Below, piece by piece: positions 38,566-46,442 of a stretch of 64,000 nucleotides of DNA. The notes below the pieces were generated by a model. It made no database searches, had not been told where the DNA came from, and was given only the letters and a program-made list of their open reading frames with translations. This DNA is from Acutalibacteraceae bacterium (lineage in GTDB: Bacteria; Bacillota; Clostridia; Oscillospirales; CAG-272): NCBI GenBank assembly GCA_963618495.1, contig CAVESF010000009.1:179-64178 (forward strand). Reading direction: 5' to 3'. The position numbers and the translations under genes were made by a program. How positions within the stretch are numbered: the first letter of the stretch is position 1; each line of letters opens with the position of its first letter.

Positions 38566-38790
38566 ATGTTTGAAGAAATCAAGACACTGCTCGTAGATGA
38601 ACTCAGCATACCGGCAGAAGAAATCAAGCCGGAATCCGAGCTTATCGGCGATCTCGGCATCAACTCTCTCGAGCTTGCTGACCTCGTCATGCTCTGCGAA
38701 GACAAGTTTGATGTTGAAATAGACGAAGAGGAGCTTCGCAAGTTTATTACGGTAGGCGATGTTGCCGATTATTTTGCAAATCTGAAATAA
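38566..38790 (+). CDS. Acyl/peptidyl carrier protein (PP-binding)
   Basis: 74 aa, acidic. DLGINSLELADLV contains the phosphopantetheine-attachment serine context. AAGGAG RBS. Confidence 0.85.
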   Translation: MFEEIKTLLVDELSIPAEEIKPESELIGDLGINSLELADLVMLCEDKFDVEIDEEELRKFITVGDVADYFANLK

Positions 38791-38898
38791 ACGAGATGCT
38801 AAAAAAGTGCAGACCGAAAAAGTGAAAGGGTGTGTAACTTTTTTGGTAAAAGAGGTTTGTTAAAGCTAAAACTGTTCAGTAATATCGATTTTAAGGAA

Positions 38899-38934
38899 GG
38901 CAGGAAATCCGAGAGAGGTTTTCCTGCCTTTTAT
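38899..38934 (+). terminator. Intrinsic terminator inside repeat copy 1
   Basis: GGCAGGAAA / TTTCCTGCC 9 bp stem followed by TTTTATC. Confidence 0.75.
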
Positions 38935-39143
38935 CATATTCACTTTTTCTCTCGCCGAAATCCTTTTCTGCCGTACAGATGTACGGCGACGAAGCGGATA
39001 TTCAACGATTCTGCGCATTTTTATCTATCTCGTTACACGAGATGCTAAAAAAGTGCAGACCGAAAAAGTGAAAGGTGTGTAACTTTTTTGGTAAAAGAGG
39101 TTTGTTAAAGCTAAAACTGTTCAGTAATATCGATTTTAAGGAA

Positions 39144-39179
39144 GGCAGGAAATCCGAGAGAGGTTTTCCTGCCTTTTAT
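39144..39179 (+). terminator. Identical intrinsic terminator inside repeat copy 2; a mutated version lies in copy 3 at 39389-39424
   Basis: Same hairpin as copy 1. Copy 3 carries C-to-A in the 3' arm. Confidence 0.7.
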
Positions 39180-39544
39180 CATATTCACTTTTTCTCTCGC
39201 CGAAATCCTTTTCTGCCGTACAGATGTACGGCGACGAAGCGGATATTCAACGATTCTGCGCATTTTTATCTATCTCGTTACACGAGATGCTAAAAAAGTG
39301 CAGACCGAAAAAGTGAAAGGTGTGTAACTTTTTTGGTAAAAGAGGTTTGTTAAAGCTAAAACTGTTCAGTAATATCGATTTTAAGGAAGGCAGGAAATCC
39401 GAGAGGGGTTTTCCTGCATTTTATCATATTCACTTTTTCTCTCGTCGAAATCCTTTTCTGCCGTACATTCGCTGTTCCTTTTTCTTGCCGCATCTCATCA
39501 AGCCAAGAGTGCTTTTTTCTTTTCCACAAATATTCAAAAAACCG

Positions 39545-39573
39545 TTGACAAACGCACATTCTTTTGATATAAT
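39545..39573 (+). promoter_or_regulatory. Consensus sigma-A promoter for tRNA-Thr
   Basis: TTGACA, 17 nt spacer, TATAAT; the -10 ends 12 nt before the tRNA 5' end. Confidence 0.8.
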
Positions 39574-39585
39574 AATAAAGCATTC

Positions 39586-39661
39586 GCTGATATGGCTCAG
39601 CAGGTAGAGCACATCCTTGGTAAGGATGAGGTCACCGGTTCGAATCCGGTTATCAGCTCCA
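39586..39661 (+). tRNA. tRNA-Thr (anticodon GGT), CCA encoded
   Basis: Hand-folded cloverleaf: acceptor GCTGATA/TATCAGC, D stem GCTC/GAGC, anticodon stem CATCC/GGATG with loop TTGGTAA, T stem ACCGG/CCGGT with loop TTCGAAT. Confidence 0.9.
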
Positions 39662-39668
39662 GCAAAAA

Positions 39669-39695
39669 ACACCTACGAAAGCAGGTGTTTTTTTG
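39669..39695 (+). terminator. Intrinsic terminator after tRNA-Thr
   Basis: ACACCTAC GAAA GCAGGTGT hairpin followed by a T-run. Confidence 0.75.
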
Positions 39696-39702
39696 TTGCC
39701 TT

Positions 39703-41079
39703 TTATTTCAGATAGTCTAAGGGATTTACGCGCGTATATTTGCCGGTTTTGCTGTCATATACGCGTATCTCAAAATGCAGATGTGTGCCCGCATACGGAT
39801 TTGAAGTTGTGGGCGTGGGGCTGACCCTGCCCGTGTTTCCCGATTCTCCTATCACCTCTCCCGCCTGAACATAATCACCGACAGAAACGAATTTTTTACT
39901 CATGTGCGCATAATATGTGCGCATTCCGTTTTCATGCTCTATCACAACAAATGTGCCGTATGTCCAGAGCATACTTTTGTCCGTGATGGGATTGAAAGCG
40001 CCGTTGTTGTATGCCATCACAACTCTGCCGCTCATCGAGGCGACAACGGCTTCTCCATACCATACGCCGATATCAAGTCCGCCATGACCTCCGCTTCCGT
40101 AATTTTGCGTGATGCTGTAATTTCTGCCTATATATTTGCCGCTTGCTTCTCCTGCGACAAGATACGGCAGGCGGAATTTCTCGGGTGTCGGCTTCGGTGT
40201 AGATTCAGGCTCGGGTGTCGGCTCCGGTGTAGGTTCGGGCTCGGGTGTTGGCTCTGGTTCCGGCTCCGGAGCGACATATGTGCCGACGGCGATAACTTCG
40301 TTTACAGGCTCTTCGCGATCCTGCAAAATGAGAGTTTCGCCTGTCTTTTCGCCGCGGTAATATGATATCTCATATGTTTCCTTGAGAATGCCGTTTTTAC
40401 CTGCGGTGACAAGCGTTTCCTCGCCGAGAGGCAGACAGTCGTCGGAAATCCGTTCCGTTCCATAAGGGATATCGCTTGTCCGCACCTCAACTTCCGATGT
40501 ATGCGAAACCTTTGTCCCCATGAGGAGTATTTCGTTTTGCGGATATGCTTGTATGCGCTCGTCTATGTAGTTGCCTATCGTACGTCCCGCACGATAAAGC
40601 AGTGTCGTGGTATAAACCTTTTTTCCGACTATGCCCTCGCGGATAACCTGCGTATCGTCATCATAATGCTCATCGGAATACCGTATTTCCGTTTCATAGG
40701 GGATATCTTCTGTTCTGGTGAAAACATATGATGTCGGCGGTGCTTCGGCTACTGTGGTTGCGGTAGCCGGAGTGGTCGCGGCGGATGTTGTTGTGGCGGA
40801 TGCTGTTGTAGTCGGAGCGGCTACCGTGGCTGTTTCGGTGACTGTCGTTTCGGACGGCATGGCAGTGCTTGTTACAGTCGTTTGTGCGGTTTTTTCTGTC
40901 GTCGCAAGTAAAGACGGTATTGTCGTTTCCGTCGAGGGCGGCGCGGCAGATGGCAGAGAGGAGACTTTGCCGTCGGGCGTCTTATCAGAGGAGCAGACAC
41001 AAATAAGTATCAGCGCGCAAAGCACGGCAAGAATGAAAAGCACGGCGGAAAGCCGCCTTTTGGATAGAGATGATTTCAT
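39703..41079 (-). CDS. Secreted/anchored M23 metallopeptidase with G5 domains and a Pro/Thr/Glu-rich linker
   Basis: C-terminal GGHGGLDI...HLHFEIRV M23 motifs, two G5-like segments (VIREGIVGKKVYT...), a PEPEPEPTPEPEPTPEP linker and an N-terminal TM anchor. The ATG at 41079 is preferred over the track start at 41127. Confidence 0.85.
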   Translation of the reverse strand: MKSSLSKRRLSAVLFILAVLCALILICVCSSDKTPDGKVSSLPSAAPPSTETTIPSLLATTEKTAQTTVTSTAMPSETTVTETATVAAPTTTASATTTSAATTPATATTVAEAPPTSYVFTRTEDIPYETEIRYSDEHYDDDTQVIREGIVGKKVYTTTLLYRAGRTIGNYIDERIQAYPQNEILLMGTKVSHTSEVEVRTSDIPYGTERISDDCLPLGEETLVTAGKNGILKETYEISYYRGEKTGETLILQDREEPVNEVIAVGTYVAPEPEPEPTPEPEPTPEPTPEPESTPKPTPEKFRLPYLVAGEASGKYIGRNYSITQNYGSGGHGGLDIGVWYGEAVVASMSGRVVMAYNNGAFNPITDKSMLWTYGTFVVIEHENGMRTYYAHMSKKFVSVGDYVQAGEVIGESGNTGRVSPTPTTSNPYAGTHLHFEIRVYDSKTGKYTRVNPLDYLK

Positions 41080-41262
41080 GAGAGTATTCCTTTTTACCGT
41101 ATCCCGTGCGGGATGTGATTCTGTCATAATAATACAATAAAAGGCATAGTGAAATCAATGGAAAATATTTTATAATATACATATATAAGGGAAAAGGGCA
41201 TCATTTTTTGCATGAAATGAAGCGCTGTATCCTATATCGGAATAAATTGCCATACGGTGGTT

Positions 41263-41291
41263 TTGTCGAAATTTGCCTGCCGTCATATAAT
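41263..41291 (+). promoter_or_regulatory. Putative promoter of the DUF11-like gene
   Basis: TTGTCG, 17 nt spacer, TATAAT. Confidence 0.5.
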
Positions 41292-41349
41292 GAAGCAGGG
41301 CATAAAAGCCCTGCCCGACAATCAAATTTCGGAGGATAAAATATAATTT

Positions 41350-42207
41350 ATGGCAACTATTACAAATCAGGCAAGAATAACTTATTCTTACGGCATGGTC
41401 AATGCCGCTGCCGCATCCAATATAGCAACAACTATTCTGACAGAACCGCTGACGGGAAGTAAAACCTCGCTCGGCTCGACTTATACGGCAGGCGATGAGA
41501 TAACATATATTCTCTCGCTGACAAACGGCAGTGCAAACGCCGCGACAGATATCACTGTAACCGACAATCTCGGAAGAGCGACCGTCGGCGAAGTTACCTA
41601 TACGCCGCTTTCCTATGTCGGACCTGCATATCTTTATATAAACGGTGTTTATACTTCGGAGCTGACTCCCGCTACAGAAGCCGGGCAGATAAAATTTACT
41701 CTGCCGTCTATACCTGCGGGTGCAAATGCCGTTATTATCTATAAGACGGCACTGACAGGCGAAGCGCCGCTCACCTCGGGTTCTACCGTAACAAATACGG
41801 CAACTTTCACTTCGCCAACACTCGGCACAGCCGAAGAATCAAATACGATAACTGTAGAGGATTATGCAAGGCTGAATATAGTCAAGGCTATGTCGCCGAA
41901 CCCCGTCACAGGCGGCGGACAGCTGACTTATGCCTTTACTGTTTATAATTACGGCAACGACGCGGCAACGGACGTTGTACTGACGGATGTATTTTCTCCC
42001 GCACCGACTGGTATAACCGTCACTGTTAACGGCGCCGCCGTTTCCGCGGAGAATTACAGCTATACAGGCGGCACGCTGACTCTGCCTGCAGCAGGCTCAT
42101 CTTATGAGATAACAGTGCCTGCGGCAACATTTACGACAGATACGGCAACAGGCGCCGTCACCGCCTCTCCCGGCGTTACAATCGTCGAGGTCACGGGAAC
42201 AATTTAA
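41350..42207 (+). CDS. DUF11-type (conserved repeat domain) protein with two tandem beta-rich domains and no signal peptide
   Basis: Two segments of the form G..ITYILSLTNGSANAATDITVTDNL and GGQLTYAFTVYNYGNDAATDVVLTDVF. Thr/Ala-rich with no N-terminal hydrophobic segment. Confidence 0.6.
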   Translation: MATITNQARITYSYGMVNAAAASNIATTILTEPLTGSKTSLGSTYTAGDEITYILSLTNGSANAATDITVTDNLGRATVGEVTYTPLSYVGPAYLYINGVYTSELTPATEAGQIKFTLPSIPAGANAVIIYKTALTGEAPLTSGSTVTNTATFTSPTLGTAEESNTITVEDYARLNIVKAMSPNPVTGGGQLTYAFTVYNYGNDAATDVVLTDVFSPAPTGITVTVNGAAVSAENYSYTGGTLTLPAAGSSYEITVPAATFTTDTATGAVTASPGVTIVEVTGTI

Positions 42208-42230
42208 AATAAAAGCACGGGAAAATGCAA

Positions 42231-42260
42231 ATACGGGCGATTTCTGTCGCCCGTATTTGT
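42231..42260 (+). terminator. Intrinsic terminator after the DUF11-like gene
   Basis: ATACGGGCGA / TCGCCCGTAT 10 bp stem followed by TTGTGTG. Confidence 0.7.
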
Positions 42261-42261
42261 G

Positions 42262-42470
42262 TGTATGGAAACGCTTCGCATATGTGTTAATCCCCGCTTT
42301 TTCTTTTGCTATCGCCGCCGCAAAAGAAGAAGCTAACAAAAAGAAAACCCCGATATAGAGATTTCGCGCTCTGCGGAGTGCTTACCCTGTCTCGGCGACG
42401 GCTCGCGTCGCCTTTTTAGAAAAATGCGGGCGAAAACTTTATTGGTATTGCGAAAACTTTGATTGGTAGT
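42262..42470 (-). repeat. Intergenic repeat locus R3 (H and T modules, reverse orientation)
   Basis: GCATATGTGTTAAT, then CCGCTTTTTCTTTTGC...GCAAAAGAAGAAGC, TTTCGCGCTCTGCGGAG and GCGAAAACTTT repeated twice. Confidence 0.8.
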
Positions 42471-42512
42471 ATTTGAGCACAAAAATGTGAGATTTTCACA
42501 ATCGCACATTTT

Positions 42513-43442
42513 TTATTTTGTGAATCTTACCGAGATTTCGCCACCCGAGAGAGTGACCTCACCATCCGCCGTCTCGACGATAAGTTCGCCGCTTTCGCCG
42601 AGAGCGACAGCCTTGCCTGTACCCTCTTTTCCTCCGAAAAAGCGGATTTCTCTTCCGAGCACACAGCTTTTTTCGCTCGCGAGCCGCACGATATCCGCAG
42701 GCTCCGCCTTGATAAAATCAAGCAGATTATCCGCAGTGGTGGAACAAAGCCTGTTTTTGCGCACGTGCGCAGGGTCAAGCGAGCAGGCAATATCCGCCAC
42801 CTCCGGCGGGAAGTTATCGCCGCCCGCATTTATTCCGATGCCGACGATATAATGCGAAAAAGTGCCTGTTTCGAGGTCGCTCTGCGCCTCTGTGAGTATC
42901 CCGCAAATCTTCCTTTCGCCGAGATAAATATCGTTTATCCATTTGATTTTCGGCTTGGCATCATATTCCGCTTCTATCGCGCGGAGCGTGGCGCAAGCCG
43001 CCGCTGTTGTCAGCAACATCGGCGGGATTTTCACTGCCGAGGCATCGAGAATCATGCTGAAATATATTCCGCCCTCGGAAAAGAAGCTCTTTCCCAGCCG
43101 TCCTCTGCCGCCGCTTTGTGCCGCCGCCGCCACCATATGCGGAAGCGCCACGGAAGAAGCAAGCTTTGCCGCCTCGCGGTTTGTGGAGCCTGTTTCTGCG
43201 AAAAATGTTATTCCGAAATCGTTTTTTGCATAATATTTTATCAGCTCGCGGCAGAGTTTATCTCCTGCCATACGGTAGCCGCCGTCACCCGTTTCTATAT
43301 CAAAGCCCGTTTCGCGCAGGGCGGCGGCATTTTTCCATACGGCATTTCGCGAAACGCCCGCACTGCGTGCGATGTCCGAGCCGCTGATAAATTTTCCGCC
43401 TGCCGCTTCAAGCAGTCGGAGCATGGTTTCTTTTGTACTCAT
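42513..43442 (-). CDS. birA: Bifunctional biotin-[acetyl-CoA-carboxylase] ligase / repressor BirA
   Basis: N-terminal wHTH (ISGSDIARSAGVSRNAVWKN), the GRGRLGKSF biotin-ligase motif and a C-terminal SH3-like tail. Confidence 0.9.
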   Translation of the reverse strand: MSTKETMLRLLEAAGGKFISGSDIARSAGVSRNAVWKNAAALRETGFDIETGDGGYRMAGDKLCRELIKYYAKNDFGITFFAETGSTNREAAKLASSVALPHMVAAAAQSGGRGRLGKSFFSEGGIYFSMILDASAVKIPPMLLTTAAACATLRAIEAEYDAKPKIKWINDIYLGERKICGILTEAQSDLETGTFSHYIVGIGINAGGDNFPPEVADIACSLDPAHVRKNRLCSTTADNLLDFIKAEPADIVRLASEKSCVLGREIRFFGGKEGTGKAVALGESGELIVETADGEVTLSGGEISVRFTK

Positions 43443-43443
43443 A

Positions 43444-44826
43444 TCATTTACCTACACAGAAATTATGGAATATTCTGTTTACAATATCTTCGCCTACAGC
43501 CCTGCCGTCTATCTCGCCGATAGCGCCCATCGCCTGCTCAAGTTCGCTTCCCGCGATATCCTCGCCGAATGTATCAAGCGCCATAAGAGCACTCCTTGTC
43601 AGTTCAAGCGCGCGGCATACGGCGGCATACTGCCTTTCCCCTGTCAGAACTGCATTTTCGGCATATTCGCCATCGGTGTAGAGCGATTCTATCTCTGCCG
43701 TGACGGTTGATTTTGCCGCTTCATCCTTTGCGGAAACACGTACAAAATGCGGGAAGCTGATGTCTTTTTCAGAGAGTATTTCGCCCTTGTCGCTCTTATT
43801 GAGTATGGCAATGATATCGCAACCCGAGGTTGCTTTTTCTTTTATAAGCGAAATGATTCGTCTGTCCTCGTCGTCGAGCGGCTTGCTCCCGTCAAAAACG
43901 GCAAGAATCAGCTCGGCATTTTCCATTGCGGAGAGCGAGCGGTCGACGCCTATTTTCTCTATCGCGTCTCCCGTTTCGCGAATGCCCGCGGTGTCGCAAA
44001 GGCGGAGCAGAATGTCGCCCGCGGCGACGGTTTCGGTTATCACATCGCGCGTTGTGCCGGCAACATCGGTGACTATCGCGCGTTCGCTTCCACAGAGCAG
44101 ATTGAGCAACGTGGATTTGCCCGTGTTCGGCTTGCCGCAGATGACGGTGTTCACTCCCTCGCAAACGGCGTGTCCTGTCCGATATGTCGCGGAAAGTGCT
44201 TCAAGACGCCCTGCGATTTTTTCCGTGCGCGTGCGCATTTCATCGCGTGAAAGCGGCGCAAGATCTTCCTCGGGAAAATCAATCGCGGCATATGCGCTCG
44301 AAATAATCTCGCCCAGCTCATCATAAATCGCGTCGGTTTCGCGTTTTATCTTGCCCTGCGCCGCATTGTCCCAGAGGCGGAGACTGCTGTCTGTTTTTGC
44401 GTCGATTTTACCGATGACCGCCTCTGCCTGCGAAAGGCTTATCTTTCCCGAGGAGAAAGCACGGCGTGTAAATTCGCCTGCCGCCGCCTGCACCGCTCCG
44501 TATTCGAATGCGCGTGAAAGCACGCGACTTGAGAGAAGTATGCCGCCATGGCATGAGATTTCCACGGTGTCTTCGCCCGTGAAGGAATGCGGAGCGCGGA
44601 AAACGGTGACCACGGCTTCATCAAGCGTGGTGCCGTCCGCATTTTTCACATCGCAGAGTGCCGCATAATTTGGTTTCACGGATGAAAGAGGTTTGCCGCT
44701 TTTCGGGAAGATGAATTTTTCACCGATGGCAATGCTTCCGTCGCCCGACATGCGTATGACGGCGATTCCGCCCTTTCCGCGCGGTGTAGATATGGCGGCT
44801 ATAACCGAGCCGAATATGCTGTACAT
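43444..44826 (-). CDS. mnmE: tRNA modification GTPase MnmE
   Basis: AAISTPRGKGGIAVIRMSG N-terminus, GKPNTGKSTLLN, C-terminal FCVGK. The ATG at 44826 follows AAAGGAG; the track start at 44880 is unlikely. Confidence 0.95.
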   Translation of the reverse strand: MYSIFGSVIAAISTPRGKGGIAVIRMSGDGSIAIGEKFIFPKSGKPLSSVKPNYAALCDVKNADGTTLDEAVVTVFRAPHSFTGEDTVEISCHGGILLSSRVLSRAFEYGAVQAAAGEFTRRAFSSGKISLSQAEAVIGKIDAKTDSSLRLWDNAAQGKIKRETDAIYDELGEIISSAYAAIDFPEEDLAPLSRDEMRTRTEKIAGRLEALSATYRTGHAVCEGVNTVICGKPNTGKSTLLNLLCGSERAIVTDVAGTTRDVITETVAAGDILLRLCDTAGIRETGDAIEKIGVDRSLSAMENAELILAVFDGSKPLDDEDRRIISLIKEKATSGCDIIAILNKSDKGEILSEKDISFPHFVRVSAKDEAAKSTVTAEIESLYTDGEYAENAVLTGERQYAAVCRALELTRSALMALDTFGEDIAGSELEQAMGAIGEIDGRAVGEDIVNRIFHNFCVGK

Positions 44827-44910
44827 ATGTTTCTCCTTTGATTTTTGCGATAATGTGTTGATTTTGAGCCGGATTAACAAACAGAAAAAGCAAAAAGTAC
44901 ATGCTTTATT

Positions 44911-45470
44911 CCGTCAGCGCACATATCACATTCACGCCCGCCATGCATTTTCAGCGGGCGTGCAGACAATGCGTGCACGAATCTGCTCGGCTATCTCGTG
45001 TGTTATGTTCGCACGCGTGGTATGGCTGAAGCTGCGGAGAATGGCAAAACCGCCGATTTTTGCTTTGTCTGTTTGTCGCACGCACTCGCCACGCATGGCT
45101 TGCGTGACTAACTCGTGCACGCGGGAAGAGTTTGCAAAGAGAGGGGAAAGCTCTCTTTGATGACTTTTGGTACTTTTCGTCACGGAAAAGTACGAGAGAA
45201 GAAAAGTTACTTTATGTTTCTGCGCGGGAGACCACTGGTCTTCCCTGCCATGCAAAATCCAAGTATAGTCAACAGCAAAAATAAAAGACTGAATCCCTCT
45301 CCGCTTTTTCTTTTGACATCGCTGCCGCAAAAGAAAAAGCTATCAAAAAGAAAACGCCGAAATCAGAATTTTGCGCTCTGCGGAGCGCGACAAAGGCTCC
45401 GCGCCTTTGATGACGCCGCCTTTTTCAAAAGGCGTGCGAAAACTTTAATTGCGGGCGTGCGAAAGCAAAA
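44911..45470 (-). repeat. Intergenic repeat locus R4 (Y, X, H and T modules)
   Basis: 44911-45215 matches the reverse complement of 51196-51506. 45290-45465 matches the H+T units of R2, R3 and R7. Confidence 0.85.
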
Positions 45471-45534
45471 TGTTTTCATGAAAAATGCCCGTGTCACCGA
45501 CGGGCATTTTGGTTTCAAGCCTGACGGCTCTTAT

Positions 45535-46407
45535 TTACTGGATAGTGCTTCCGAATTCACGCAGTTTTGCAAAATAGCTGTCGAGATCCTTTGCCTTTTC
45601 TATCTTCCTCGGCTGAGGACGGGGCGTATCGGGGCGCTTATAAACAGGTCTTTCGGCAGAATCCGAAAGCTTCTCTCTCGGAGAGTTGTTTCTTCTGTCG
45701 CCCTTTTTGCCGCCGCGACGACGGTCATTGCTTCTTGCGCCTGCACGGGGTGCCTTTGTCTCTGCGGGCTTTGCCGCTCCCTCAATATAAATGATGACGC
45801 GACGATTACCCTCCTGACCGACGGAATTTGTTGTCACGCCCTCGATGAGCTGAACCTCGGAATGGATGATTCTGCGTTCATATGCGTTCATCGGCTCGAG
45901 GCTTACACTTCTGCCGGTCTTTTTGACCTTTTCAGCCATACGGTTTGCGAGTGCGCGGAGAGTCTTTTCTCTCTTTTCGCGGTAATTCTCTATATCGACC
46001 GTAAAGCGTGTATATTTTCTCTCGTCATTCTCTTTCTTATTTGCCGCGAGATTCACAAGATACTGGAAAGCATCGAGTGTATCTCCGTGATGACCGATAA
46101 GAGCGCTCGCATCATCACCCGAAACGGTAACGGTAGCTTCGCCGTTTCCTGTTTCCACTATGGTAGCTGTCGCATTCAGCTCAAGATTTTCAATAAGAGT
46201 ATTGACAAACTTGGCGGCGGCAACAATCGGCTTGAAAACATATGTTACCTTAACGGTGGCGGGAGAACCTCCGATTCCGAGAAAGCCCTTTTTCGGCTCC
46301 TCAAGAACCTCATACTCAATTTCGCTTACCTCAACGCCGAGTTCAGCCGCGCCCTTGGCAACGGCGTCATCGACTGTAGAGGCGCGAACAGTAACTTCAC
46401 TCTTCAT
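45535..46407 (-). CDS. jag: Jag/KhpB RNA-binding protein (Jag_N, KH, R3H)
   Basis: KVTVRASTVDDAV N-terminus and the R3H motif LEPMNAYERRIIHSEV; downstream of yidC. Confidence 0.9.
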   Translation of the reverse strand: MKSEVTVRASTVDDAVAKGAAELGVEVSEIEYEVLEEPKKGFLGIGGSPATVKVTYVFKPIVAAAKFVNTLIENLELNATATIVETGNGEATVTVSGDDASALIGHHGDTLDAFQYLVNLAANKKENDERKYTRFTVDIENYREKREKTLRALANRMAEKVKKTGRSVSLEPMNAYERRIIHSEVQLIEGVTTNSVGQEGNRRVIIYIEGAAKPAETKAPRAGARSNDRRRGGKKGDRRNNSPREKLSDSAERPVYKRPDTPRPQPRKIEKAKDLDSYFAKLREFGSTIQ

Positions 46408-46442
46408 TACTTTAATTTACCTCTAAAATTATAAATTACTGA

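Larger units (their letters stand above)
38791..39467 (+). repeat. Tandem repeat of 245-246 bp units, about 2.8 copies (38791-39036, 39037-39281, 39282-39467)
   Basis: In my direct alignment, copies 1 and 2 differ only by one extra G in copy 1. Copy 3 has three substitutions and then diverges after CCGTACA. The array starts at the first base after the carrier-protein stop codon. Confidence 0.95.

Noticed and set aside
38791-39467. Possible CRISPR array
   Set aside because: The units are 245 bp and directly abutting, with no unique spacers. There are no cas genes in the window.
38830-39607. Three near-identical 72-95 aa ORFs (MCNFFGKRGLLKLKLF...) in the ORF track
   Set aside because: They are by-products of the 245 bp tandem repeat. 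They start at GTG with no RBS, run straight through an intrinsic terminator hairpin, and have an implausible composition. I treat them as non-coding.
40190-40275. Short periodic DNA repeat (GGCTCGGGTGT/CGGCTCCGGTGT...)
   Set aside because: It encodes the PEPEPTPEPEPT linker of the M23 peptidase on the minus strand. It is low-complexity coding sequence, not an independent repeat element.
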